This document shows, piece by piece, positions 52,344 through 64,000 of a stretch of DNA of 64,000 nt. The DNA is taken from contig NMRA01000837.1 of assembly GCA_002633005.1 (NCBI GenBank), positions 62,089 through 126,088 of the forward strand, written 5' to 3'. A model generated the notes under the pieces. That model made no database searches, was not told where the DNA came from, and worked only from the letters and a program-made list of their open reading frames with translations. Origin of the DNA: Phoronis australis. Taxonomy: Eukaryota > Animalia > Phoronida. Position numbers and translations under genes: made by a program. The number at the start of each line of letters is the position of its first letter. Position 1 is the stretch's first letter.

Positions 52344-54864
52344 ATGGCGAATATTGCAGTCAGAACCTTCAGCTTATTTTGTTTTACGTTTTTGCTTTTA
52401 GGTGACTTGCAAGAATGCAGAGCAAAAACTGCTGTTTTGGTAAGCAGCGAAGAGACTCTCGTGAACGAAGTAAAGCGTTTCGCGGAAGAAAAGGATTTGC
52501 TTGTCGTGGAGACGAACGAGCTTAGTTCTCGCAGAAGGAAACGGCACGGGCATAAGCCACCGGACGTTTGTGAAACGGTGTGGATGGAATACGTCAAAAA
52601 GGTAGGTTAAAGCTCTCTATTACGTCACAGTTAGACGATGGAATTTTGGTAATAGTTTTTACAATTTTTTGTAGCTAAAGTCAGCATTGCGTACCGTCGT
52701 TTTACGTATTACCAACGAGACGCAGACTTTTATAAAATTCCCTCATGGCCTGTATGAAGGAATTGATTTCATAGAAAGAACGCTGCACGGTCCGTGTGAA
52801 AATTGTTTCAGTCCACACTTTCTTTGAGAAATCAAAATTGCTAATGTTCGCTAAAACAAATATTAATTTATGAAAATGAAAGATTGTTTACAAATATGTT
52901 ATCTTTATATTTATTTAGCTTGGAGACGTTGCCAACCAACAACAAAAACTTGACGACATTCAAAACAGAATAGCAAAGCTGAAGGAAGCCATTGAATTGG
53001 AGAAAATAGGTAAATTGAAAAACGTCACCACTCATAAGCATAAAACTCATCCTCCGTTCGCCAGTTTCTCTTTATTCACTAAAAATAATGGCACGGAAAA
53101 GGTATTAAAATGTTGACCGTATTGGTTAATGAACTTTGACTTTGGTCACGTTACTGACTTTGATGGTGACCAAGGAGATCTGCAGTCAGTGTGATCGTCT
53201 CGTCCAGCAGCAAAATGTAAAATGGCACCACGCATGAAGCCTAAAATTTATTTAAGTCGGCATTTTCTGTTTTCATTTCTGTGAAAACGAAACCAGTTTT
53301 ACAATCATCGGCAGTATATCCATAGGTTTCATGGGACTTGTCCTACCAGTCGAGACCGATACTAAGTACGATTGAATTTCTACTTGTCTTATTGCTTATT
53401 GCATATCGAAGCTCGGCTAAGAGTTCGCTTCACCCTGTCTTTTGATTCAGAACACTCATCGTCAATACATAAATGGTCTGAAATTATTCCTCATTCAGGT
53501 TAGAAACGATTTCTGGAAAAACGGACAGTGTGGTATTGTTCGAGACCACGCTTGGTGTGTAAAACGATAGGCCGGGTTAAGACAACTTTTCCATTCAGAT
53601 TTCAAAATTGCCAGTTGTTTTCAAGCACAGTGATCACTTCCAGAGTAAGGTACAATATGAGACTGCGGTGACCTAAATCAAACGGTACACAGTAACCTTG
53701 AAGGTGCTAATCCGCCTTTGGTTGTCGGAAAACAAACTTTGATTTAGACCACTAGATGCCGCTATAAAATTGGTTTCAACTTGTTCCTTACTCAGACGAA
53801 GGCCATCGCAAAACTGGCGGTTCGGATATGCTTGAAATCATGTTAGCCAATGAATAAAATGACACTTTGCAGCAAGCTTTAAATCAAGCAGTAACAAGTT
53901 GTCAATTTGCCCAAGCTTAGGAATTTCCCAAAGTAAGACCAGATTTATGGCAGCGAGGGCCCTACTAAGACAAAAGTTATTTTTTAAAAATGAATAGCTG
54001 GTAGTCCCGTTTTAAATAATTGTTGGATTCGCGACACGTTGCAGTTCACAACCTCTTGGTCTGTTTTCCGTTTTAGACACTTGCCGAGAATACATTGGTG
54101 GTTTTGGAGACCCCGTCAAAGTTGATGAGCGCAGCTCTCTGATGGGTACTTTCATGAACGACCTCGCTCCTGGTCGAGACGAAATTTGGGTCAGTGACGG
54201 CTGCTGCGAGATGAGCAAATTGTACGAGTTTAAAACACTGTCAGATTTCCAGAACGATAAAGTATTCCGCACGCACCAACTAGACACCCCATGTGACGGA
54301 ACAGGTCACGTAATATACGACGCCAAACTGTACTGTAACAAGAAAAATTCGAACACTTTGCTGAAATTTGACCTGAGAACACGCAATGACACAATAGAAC
54401 GTAGTCTTCCTAACGCAGGTTATCGCAACAGATTTCCCTATCAGTTTTACGCTTACAGCGACATTGACTTCGCGATTGATGAGCAAGGATTGTGGGTAAT
54501 ATACAGCACGCCACAAAACAACGGCAATATGGTAGTCAGTCGGCTTGGTTTCAATAATTTGACGGTATTGAGTACGTTTGAGACAAACTTTAAAAAGAAC
54601 CATGTAGGTAATGCTTTCATGGCCTGTGGTGTGTTGTACGCTACCAGTTCTTATGTAGATTCGCCCACGTATATTGTATACATGTATGATACAAATGACG
54701 GTACTGAAAAATTCCTTAACGAAAACGCTATGAAATTACGCGTAAATGACTACGGAAATGGTCGAACGTCCACTTTCATGTTAGATTACAATCCGAAAGA
54801 CAGAAAGTTGTACGCGTGGACGTATTACAACCAAATAACGTATCAGGTCCTCAGAAACTTTTAG
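52344..54864 (+). CDS. Secreted olfactomedin-domain protein C, 3 exons, 378 aa
   Basis: Exons 52344-52601 (phase 0), 52919-53009 (phase 1) and 54077-54864. Hydrophobic N-terminus, RRRKR site, coiled coil (QQKLDDIQNRIAKLKEAIELE). OLF motifs GTGHVIYD, SDIDFAIDEQGLWVIY, GNAFMACGVLY, MLDYNPKDRKLYAW. AATAAA at 54942. Confidence 0.92.
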
Positions 54865-57828
54865 ACTTTGTAATTATGTAGTCTGAAATTATTCATTTAG
54901 GTGCATTGCTATAAACCTCTAACACAATGTTGTGCGTAACGAATAAAGACCTGTAGTTAATATCTTCGTTAGTTTGTTTTGTTCATGCTGTTTTTTGTTA
55001 AAGGGGTATTTTTTCATACTCTCTAGGTTATATAGGATCTTAGACAAATGTCCAAATTTGGCTAACTTCGGCACGCCATATCTCAGAAGTGGCTGATCGG
55101 GTTGTGAAACTTTCACATACTTTGTCTTATGATAATTCGGTAATGGTCGGATATAACGTGCCCGAATTTTGATAACAAGTTTTCTCCACTGAATAACGGG
55201 CATCAAACCGGTTCTCGAAATACGGGCACGTTACCTCCGACTATTGCCGATAATCCTATGTAAAACGCTTACCACAAATAGGATACTTGTTAAGATTTTA
55301 ACAAAAAAATTCAAAAAGTGAAACTGAAATGTCTTTTTAACAGCGTTTTTAAGATTTCAAATTGATTATTTTTTGAAATGAAATTTGGGAAAATCATTGG
55401 TACCGTGGATCTGCTGTGCATGTACCTTTTACTGAATGCAAAGACTTAGTCACGTGACGCAATCATGACAAATTGATATAAAGTTAAAAATCAAAGTCTG
55501 CGAGGTTTCTAAAATGTAGGCTAAACTTTCACAGAGTTAAATTCGTTTTACCGCGCAAGCTCTTTCCTAATTCATCGTGCAGATGATATGTCGGTTGACT
55601 TTACCGTGAAGAATTTGCTCACTGCAACCTTAATTTCCTGATGCTCATGTCAACTGATCCGTGAGACAATGTAGTCTCTTTAATGAGCAAAATGCATTGG
55701 CCAACTTGATGAGATTGGAAACATCATGTTTAGCTTATTGTGCTGCAATTGATATACCCCATTTTCTTAATTAACCAACTTTAAAATATCTAGGGCCTGG
55801 GTCTAATATTTGCATCCGAATTCAAAATTGGCACCATTTTAGCAATTTTTTCTTATACTTTTGTGCGAACTCAGGATAAGTGACTACTAATCTTTGGTCG
55901 AGAACATTACGGTTTATAGATATGAGTTTGCATTAATTGATGACCTCCTATATTCTTGATACAAACTCAAGTAAACACTCGAGATTTCGAGTAAAAACTC
56001 GAAATTACGAATTTAGACCCGAATTTTTGCCTTGATGTCGGTATCATCAAGAATGCAAAGCATTATGTACTCGAGTATAGAATAGCAAACCCTTGTCTTG
56101 AGTTCGATCAATGTAGTATTATAGAAACTGCCAACAATAATTTCAAATTTGATGCCAAGTAAACAGATAAAACCTAGAGCTCTAGTGATCGAAACATTTA
56201 CAATATAAATTTGACTATATCTGCGTGCCTATGTTTCATCCAGTAACTCAATGTTGAAAAATACGTATAGGTAATGTTAGATTGCGTGTGCACTACCTGG
56301 AACATAACAAATACGATATTGTGTACGCACTACCCAGTAACGGATTTGGGGGCCAAGGGGGCCATGGCCCAACCCCCTAAATCTAAATCCTGGATCCGCC
56401 CGTGCTACCCGCAGCCCTACTAGTGTGAGTTGCACGCTTGCACGCGCACTACCCGGAACACGGCAAGTGTGATGACAGGAATTTTCATCCAAGTTCACTT
56501 ATGCTTTTACAAAACTAGCTTTTAATTTTCAAAATGGTCAGTCGATTTTCGTGGATACATAAATACGTGAATCAGAAATCAAGAAACCCTTACAAGATAC
56601 ATGGCAGAAAATAACCTTGACATATTGGGCTGTCACACGGCGACACAAAAACGGGGGACCCTCAAACAAAAATGTCCTGGCCCGTATAACAAATGTTCTA
56701 TTAAAATTTGGTTGTGTGTTCCTTTCTCGACTAATACCGGCCACACGCCAGGGGTTTCTCCAGGACGCCTGTAAATGACTGGGGGGCACGTGGCACGCGG
56801 AGCCTTTGCTTCCCAAACTCTTTGTTGTCGTGAATTATATTCATTTTAGCATATTTCATTAATTATTTAATCAAGTACGGGTAATTATGTTGATTTTGTT
56901 GTCAAGAATGACTTGTGTTTAAACTTCGTAGAACGACAGTGTTTGTTTGTCATGCATCCGATAGGTGTCGACACAGAAAGGTTGACGACACCTACTTCAG
57001 GTACCTGCGAATGTTCATGAGTGAATTATGGGGCAGAGGCCGATGGACCAGTTGGAAGACTGAATCCACGAAGCAAGTGGCGACTGGTAGGAAGGTCTCA
57101 GTTAGGCATCTTATTAATTAGAAGACAAAGCTAAACAGTGCAAAACCTCAGTTAAAGGTCAGATCATCCGCGCTACACAGACAAAGAGCTAGCTATTCGC
57201 TAATTCTCTATTTTAACATTCTTGAACAAGCTCAACAAATCCGTCACAAAATGTTGCACGAACGTCGGTTGAAGTTTTGATGTGGTTGTTTTTAAACACA
57301 GTAAAAGCTTGACTCTGCGCGTGCACAAAGTCAGCAGAGTTCTGTATAGGTGTTTTCGTAAACACAGAAACACAACAGTGATTGTTTATGTTTTCCAAGT
57401 TCACCAATATCCCAAAATTTTCAGCATTGGATGTTTGCAAGCACGTTCAGTTCCGTGACGAGTAAAATGAGGTAGAAAATATACAATAGACAGAATATAA
57501 GTAGAACGGTATCATTGATGGCTTTCAACAAGTGAGCGAGTCTCCATGTACATGGGATTGTTATGCACAATAAAATATTTTCGACGTAACTACTATGTTG
57601 TGCGCTTTATCTTTATGTTTTAAAACATGAAGAAGATGAAGAGAAAGAACATGCATAATTGACGTCACTTTATTAACAGAATCACGCCAAATCACCAAAT
57701 CAGGAGTAGTACATTTCTAGATATAGGTTTACAGCAAACTCGAGGCAAAATCGCACATGATATTAGGCTTGATATAATAAATATTTGAATTAATGTGCTA
57801 TTACTGTTAGGAGTAGGGTATATTAGCA

Positions 57829-58124
57829 CTAGATATCACATGAACTGCTGTCGTCGGTGGTGGTGGTATTGGTGTTGGTTGCGGTGGTCGTGTAGCAGCC
57901 GCAGACACAGCGGCAGAAGTAGTAGTACTCGTTCGGGTTCACGCGGGTGTACTCAACACCTTTAATCCACTCACAGGTCTTGGACTTGTGCGGGTCGACC
58001 CTCCCGTGGATTTGTTTTCCACATTCACGGACACAAGTGCTTATCCAATTTCGTTCTTCAGTTCTGGACCACTTACAACGGCGATCCGTGTGAACTTCGT
58101 ACGTCCCGTTATTTGGTATCTCCT
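57829..58124 (-). CDS. Terminal exon of a small Cys-rich, probably secreted protein (CS-alpha-beta/macin-like pattern); 5' exon(s) not located
   Basis: Acceptor ctgtcttttgcag, then a phase-1 frame: EIPNNGTYEVHTDRRCKWSRTEERNWISTCVRECGKQIHGRVDPHKSKTCEWIKGVEYTRVNPNEYYYFCRCVCGCYTTTATNTNTTTTDDSSSCDI*. GC-rich, coding-like composition. AATAAA about 155 nt after the stop (57669-57674). Confidence 0.65.
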
Positions 58125-58295
58125 CTGCAAAAGACAGTTTACAAAGGAAACAGCGTGAATAATAATAACTATATGAACAATAACAATGACGATATCAGTG
58201 ACGGTGGCTGCGATAATCATATTAATTATCTGAATGATAACGATCATAATACTAACGTATTGGCTCGCCATTAGGCCCATGGGCGCTTTGTACAA

Positions 58296-58752
58296 ATGAA
58301 GATGATAGTGATGGTGATTATAATGATAATGATAATGATGATGGTGGTGATGATGATGGTGATATTAACGGCGGTGATGGTGATGATAATAGTGATGGTG
58401 ATTGTGATGGTGATGGTCGTAACCATTTGGCAGTTCGGGGGTGCGAAAGTCTGACGGGCAAAATCCTGGCTAATAGTCTGCCCTGGCCCCCTCACTCAAA
58501 ATCCTTCATTCGCAACTGGTAATAATGATGATGGTGATGATCATGGTGTTGATGATGGTGGAGATGACAGTAATGGTGTTTATAATGATAATGGTGGTGA
58601 TGATGATGGTGATTGTGGTGGTGATAATAGTGATGATGATGATGATGGTCATGATATGGGCGGTGATGAAGATGGTGATGGTGAAGGTTACGGTGATGAT
58701 GATGACGGTGATGAATATAGTGACGGTGATAAGGATTATGATGGTCATGATA
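58296..58752. repeat. Degenerate (ATG/GTG/ATA)n trinucleotide microsatellite in two blocks
   Basis: Long tgatgatggtgatg runs at about 58296-58420 and 58518-58752. These explain the poly-His, poly-Ile and poly-Met ORFs. Confidence 0.9.
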
Positions 58753-58999
58753 GCCAGCATTTGTGGAGTCATTTGTGTTCCATATTAACATCAGGCAAGT
58801 AAATCTGAAGAGGAAACTACATTCGGAAACTAGTAACGAATCTCTCCTTGCTGTTCTGAGTAGCTTCATGCATCCTTAACAAAATTTATTCATAGGTCAA
58901 AATCGATTTAAATTATAAGTGAAAAATAATGTTTGTGTACGGGTATTAAAATATAGAACTAGTAACTTATTTCATTCCCAGAGTAAGGATTATGGTGAT

Positions 59000-59695
59000 A
59001 GAGAGAGGTTTCGCAAAGCAACGTGGGCGGGAATTATGACGCTTACGTAATTGCGGGTGCTGATTCACGTTACAGTAACATAAATGGGTTTCGCAACAGC
59101 TAAATTTTTACGCGAACGTGACAGTAAACGTGAACTGAATAACTGAGCTCAGTGTGTCCAGTTAGCGTAGTACATATCCGTTAAATAGAAATATGCGTTG
59201 AATGTGAAAATGTCGTGTCTACTCCTGCGAAAAATGGTCAACTCTTAGAATGCGACATTTATTTGGAGTTTAAAATATTAAATAGATGCGTGTAAATTAA
59301 GCATGTAAAAATTTAACTACACAAAACCATATCTGTAAAAAAAACATTCTACTTCGATGATATCCAGCAAACTCCTGCAGAATTGAGAAAGTGTTGCCTT
59401 TCTTGAAACTAAATTTTAAGATTATCTAAAGACAAAATTCGTATTCATTTTATACTGAAGCAAGGAAGAAAGATTGAGAACCCTATCAAAATAAAAATCT
59501 TTTCGTTGTCTTAGCAAATAAGTATTAAAAGGAGCCGCAGGTTTTGCGTTTAAAGCGACGCGAATCTCTGTATTCGTGTAAAATACTCAGGACAAACACT
59601 ATCGGGATTACGTCACAGCCAACAATGGCATGTATGACGTGGTATTATAAATGCGCGATAATTCACGCTCATGTCGCTTTGCGAAACCTCTCTAT
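59000..59695. mobile_element. MITE with about 40-bp TIRs
   Basis: agagaggtttcgcaaagcaacgtgggcgggaattat ... ataattcacgctcatgtcgctttgcgaaacctctct, with TA dinucleotides at both flanks. Confidence 0.75.
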
Positions 59696-62229
59696 TTAAT
59701 TCCTAAGAATGACTTTTTCATCTTCTCAAAGCGCCTAACACCACTGTTGTGATTGTCCACAATTTCTCAAAACATTTCCAGATGGTAGATAAGATATGAA
59801 TCTTAAAGGTGATAAGCAATTATTGATTGCTACTTTATCCTTTACGAAAAAAAAGAAACTTCATTGTCTACCATGTGTGTCTTAAATATGTGAGATTTCG
59901 CTGCAAGTCAACCCCAGGATTTGCTACACAAATCAAACGTGACGGACACACGTTGCTGATACGTTCAGTATCGAACAACAGTCGATTACAGAGTCAACCG
60001 GCCTGCCCTACAGACATTTAGCACAGTGTCTCCTAAGCTAAAGACCGTTTTATCAATGTTCATTCGTCCGGTCGTAACTAAAATGATTTGAACCCGGAGT
60101 ACAGCTTTCTCGTGCTTCAAACGTTCCTGAAGCACCAAATCAAACTCAAGAGGTTTTACGGTCATAATTCGTTCACCTACTTGATGTGCGCTAAATCATG
60201 AAAGCTGGTCCAAAATCACTGACAATACTGTACATAGTTTAATTTAGTTTTTAGAAGTGCTATGCTACACTCGTATCCTCACAAAAGTTCTTAGCATGGT
60301 TTATCAAAACATATATGCAAATGTTTCAAAAGGCTACAAACTTATATCAAGCCCACATGCAGGTCACTTAAATCTTTGAAACACAATAATGGCCAGCCCT
60401 TAAATGTTTGGTATATATGAACGAAACAAAAGTAGAATGGCTAAAATACTTATCATAATCTCTGGAAATATGGGCAAGACAAAAGCAACCCAGAGGGATG
60501 AGAAAGTACTGAAAGCGTTAGAAGGTAAATGGGGAGGGGGGGGGGGGATGGTTGGTAAAATTGGAGACTGAACTCTGGCGTCTATATTGCTGACATAAAG
60601 AAATCATACTGAAAGGATTTACTGCATTCATCGTTCAGGGTAAATAATGTTAGCAGGTGCGAGGAAATCGCAAAGTCAGATGTTTGCGTGAGATATTTTC
60701 AAGCAATTAAACAAACAGATTTTCCACTTAACATTACCTTCTATTTTTGGCAACAAAATGGCCGGCAATTTACTTTAGGGTATATGGAGAATTCAACGTT
60801 ATTAATCAGTTGTCTTTTCCAGTTTCATGATGCAAAAATACAATATAGACGTCCCCGTAGCGTGTTTACGAAACATTAGCAAGATTAATAAATAAACCAT
60901 GAAATGGTTAGTATTACTCAGTTTATCGTGACAACGAAAGTCATGAAAAGTTTACTATTGGTAAATCCTAAAAATACTAATTGAAATTCCAGTACTGTAC
61001 CATTTCCTTGATAATTAACATCTCGTTGTCCAGCTGCCATATTTTGCTTTAGAAATTTGAATCAATTTTTTACGATGTCTTACGATGATTTCGTAACTCC
61101 TGACGAGTTCAAGAATATTCCAACCGAGCTCTGTGAAGGCAGCGATCAATTACTGGTAGCCTCGAACTCAATTTGAAATTTGGTTATGAATGGCTATAGT
61201 TTTTCGATAATGTTTTTCTTTTAACCTCTTCGCATCAATGTTAAGTTAATGCGTCGTTATTGAGTTGCGCGATGATTATAACAATCACTGATGCCCTTAG
61301 TTTCCGGAGAGTATCCTTCTTTCCAAGACGACGGTAAGTTATTCAAGATTTTCTTTAAAACTCCGTTCAGTGTACTTGGGTTACATAAAATGAATAATTT
61401 TCAATATCTACGAATATGTCAAAATACCGAGGAGATATTAGGGACAACAAGTTACGCTAGTTACAAGGAAATGGCCCTCATTATTGAGTTTTATGTATTC
61501 AAATTAACCCCAGTTCACAATTTTTCCATCTCGTTGTCTCAAGCATAACCAATCAGTTTCTAATCGTTGAAATATTTCCCTTTTTTGAGCAATTATTGCA
61601 TTGTTACTTGCTTACTCTCACTCATTCACCGATGGTAGATTTCAGCACAACCATGCTCCGCTCCACTGTGCAACATTCTCGTTGTGCTGAGTGCAATTGT
61701 CCTACGATTCATTTTTTATTTTATTAGCTTTATTTTCCATTCTGCGCATGGGTGGTCCTAACTAAGGCAACCCTTTTTACTGCACACTGCATCCTCTTTT
61801 TATATTGTTAGGGGCATTCTGATTCCCGCAGGACCTGAGCAACCGCTCATGTTACTTAATCAGTGAGTCGCCCTTGGTTCGCTGTGACATTGCTTTTTCT
61901 GCAACATTAGATATTATGTCGTTGTTCTGTTGCTGCTGTTCGTTGCTGTTGTTTGTAAATCATTGCGTATAATGTTGAACCTGACACATCCCTGAGGTCT
62001 GTTTCAAGAAAATGACTTAAGACTACACACATGTTTTTTTTCTGAAAAATAACTAAATTTCACTTGAGCAAAAATGCGAATTCTTGAATATTCACATAAC
62101 TGCTAGTTACCGAGATAATTTCTAAGAATTATTTTGTAGACTGAGATGCACTCGTAATTTCTTGGCTAAAACCTTTTAAGCAATCATGACGAAGGAGCGT
62201 GGGACCAAATTTCTGTCTCAAGTTGCCTT

Positions 62230-62835
62230 CATGAAACACACAACTGTTGTCTGTTCACGAACATGTAATGTTGCAGGGGATGGTGTTAGCGCCGGAAACC
62301 TCAAATTTTGCGTTGAGCTGTTATCCTGTGCCCGGTTGCATGAAACAGTCCCAAATAGGGACTCAACTAAGTTCCCTAAATCTACTGAGTATTTGTAGGC
62401 TTGTGAAAACACTGATTGCCCTTTCGTGTGCTGTTAAAGTCTCATTACCAAGTCAAGTTTTGACTTTGATACGAATCGAGAAGAAACTATAAGTTGAATT
62501 CTCAATATTATTGAAAATAGGATCTTTTCATGCAACGCACCTAATTTAAGGACCAAGTCCCTAATTTTTTATGACTTAATTAAGGACTCAGTTTTCAGTT
62601 ATATTATTAGGAAATACCATTAGTCAAAGAGGAGCTTATAATAAAGATAAAATGATAGAAAAATATTGCATCTGTGAGTAAAAAAACGACACAAATAGGC
62701 AAAAGATTTAAGGAACTTCGTTGAGTCCCTATTTGGAACTGTTTCAAGCAACCGGGCACTGTAGAATACACATTATTAAGTCGTACCTTTGCATGCCTCT
62801 TACAGTTGGTCGCGTGCAGCAGATTGAGTGCGGAG
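62230..62835. repeat. Palindromic (fold-back) repeat, probable MITE
   Basis: gtgcccggttgcatgaaacagtcccaaatagggactcaactaagttccctaaatct (62328-62383) is the inverted complement of 62704-62759. The outer limits are approximate. Confidence 0.65.
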
Positions 62836-64000
62836 ACCAACACACGATGGCAATGAGACGAAGAACTGAGATCAGGAACAAGAAACGAGTTGCCTATTTC
62901 AATGTCTACAAAGCTATTGGCAAAAACTAAACTTTTGATTCTTTGAAGTTCGCTTTGGTTTCGTATCAGTCTCCCGGTGTGTAGTGTGTCTAACAACAAA
63001 CTGTTGACCTACTTAAAATTGGAGCACGATGCACAGCTTGACCCTCTTAATATGTTTTGACCTCATCGACTTGGTTTAAATTAAAGATTTTTGTGATAAT
63101 AAAATTAATTGCGCACTGAAAATTCAGATGACATTGCGCGTGAATGTTGAAATAATGAGGTGTATAGGTTACGTCGACCAAAACCAAGTTTTCACCGAAT
63201 AATTAACCGAAAACCTTGAGACTTTCATCGCTCACGAATTAATCGGCTTTTTCTCTGCTTCGGCAAATCGTCTTAATTTTAACTTAGGAGCACGAGTTTT
63301 CAAAAACAGCTCAGTGGATTTCGAGGAAACTTTCCAAACTTAATATTAAGTCATCAATCTCAAAAACGCTGTTAGGATTTTTGATATAAAAGCCTAGTTT
63401 TTGCGTAAAGCAACAAAGACAAATACGAATGCTTTTTTACCTTACCTTTTGCGAGTTGACACCAAACGACTATTCGAAAATTCCTCGCAGCGTTTTTGAG
63501 GTAACTGGTGACGTTTTCATTTAAAAAAGGTTTCTTTAAAATTGACCGAGGGGTTATTTTGCTATGAACGCACCTTTCTTAAAAATGAAATTTTGACTTA
63601 AAAACGTGTTAACATAATAATAATGAAGGTACACAAATAAAAACACATTTTTATAATTCCTGTCCTTTTTTCAATCAAAAAATATATACTTTTACTAGTT
63701 GACAACCTCTAGTTTTTTGATATAGGAATTAGAATGGAGTCCACTAAATAAGGTTTGAGATAACCTTAAACAACTACAAAATAACAAAAATAATCTTAAA
63801 AGCGTGTCCCGCGACCTTGGCGCTAAAACTATTTCATTGTCGCTATGGGCCCATTAAAATTGGAAGCGAAAAGGGATAAAAGATTAACATTGTCCACGAG
63901 TCCTCCAAATTGGCCCGTAGACTTGAGGCCGTACGGGTCAATTTGTCCCACTTTTTGTAAACTGATCCCTGAAATAAGCGAACTGGTTTTTGGCTCTGGG

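Noticed and set aside
58800-58845. CTGAAGA...GAAAC hammerhead-like core
   Set aside because: Stem II closure is non-canonical and no stems I or III could be formed.
58271-58869. His-rich, Ile/Thr-rich and Met/Val-rich ORFs (possible metal-binding protein)
   Set aside because: They are reading frames of a degenerate trinucleotide microsatellite open on both strands, most likely intronic to the Cys-rich gene. No phase-compatible splice structure was found.
60395-60460. Short hydrophobic frame MISILAILLLFR as a candidate signal-peptide exon of the Cys-rich gene
   Set aside because: Only a poor donor (GTTCAT) is available and a stop follows shortly. It cannot be supported without transcripts.
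1-64000. CRISPR arrays, rRNA or tRNA genes, prokaryotic operons
   Set aside because: None were seen. The tandem repeats lack unique spacers and the DNA is spliceosomal-intron eukaryotic.

Overview
AT-rich, intron-containing animal genomic DNA, probably an invertebrate (species not identifiable from sequence), with two N-gaps (14736-15702, 30524-30675). Exons were reconstructed by hand from splice sites and reading-frame phase. Genes found: a 17-coding-exon DCAF6 (minus, 24400-5188, about 944 aa); a two-exon ceramide-1-phosphate transfer protein of the CPTP/GLTP family (plus, 31951-34609, 221 aa); and a cluster of three secreted coiled-coil + olfactomedin genes (42144-54864). The ORF track missed two coding signals: the terminal exon of a small Cys-rich, CS-alpha-beta/macin-like protein (minus, 57829-58124) and a run of symmetric phase-1 exons with an internal duplication (plus, 2347-4228). 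Mobile DNA includes decayed Copia and Gypsy fragments, a young Gypsy LTR element with 145-bp LTRs, TSD, PBS and PPT, a HERO-like LINE 3' end, and many MITEs. The most promising candidate system is the diversified olfactomedin cluster plus the neighbouring Cys-rich peptide, which may form a secreted defence, clotting or mucus module. That functional reading is inference only.
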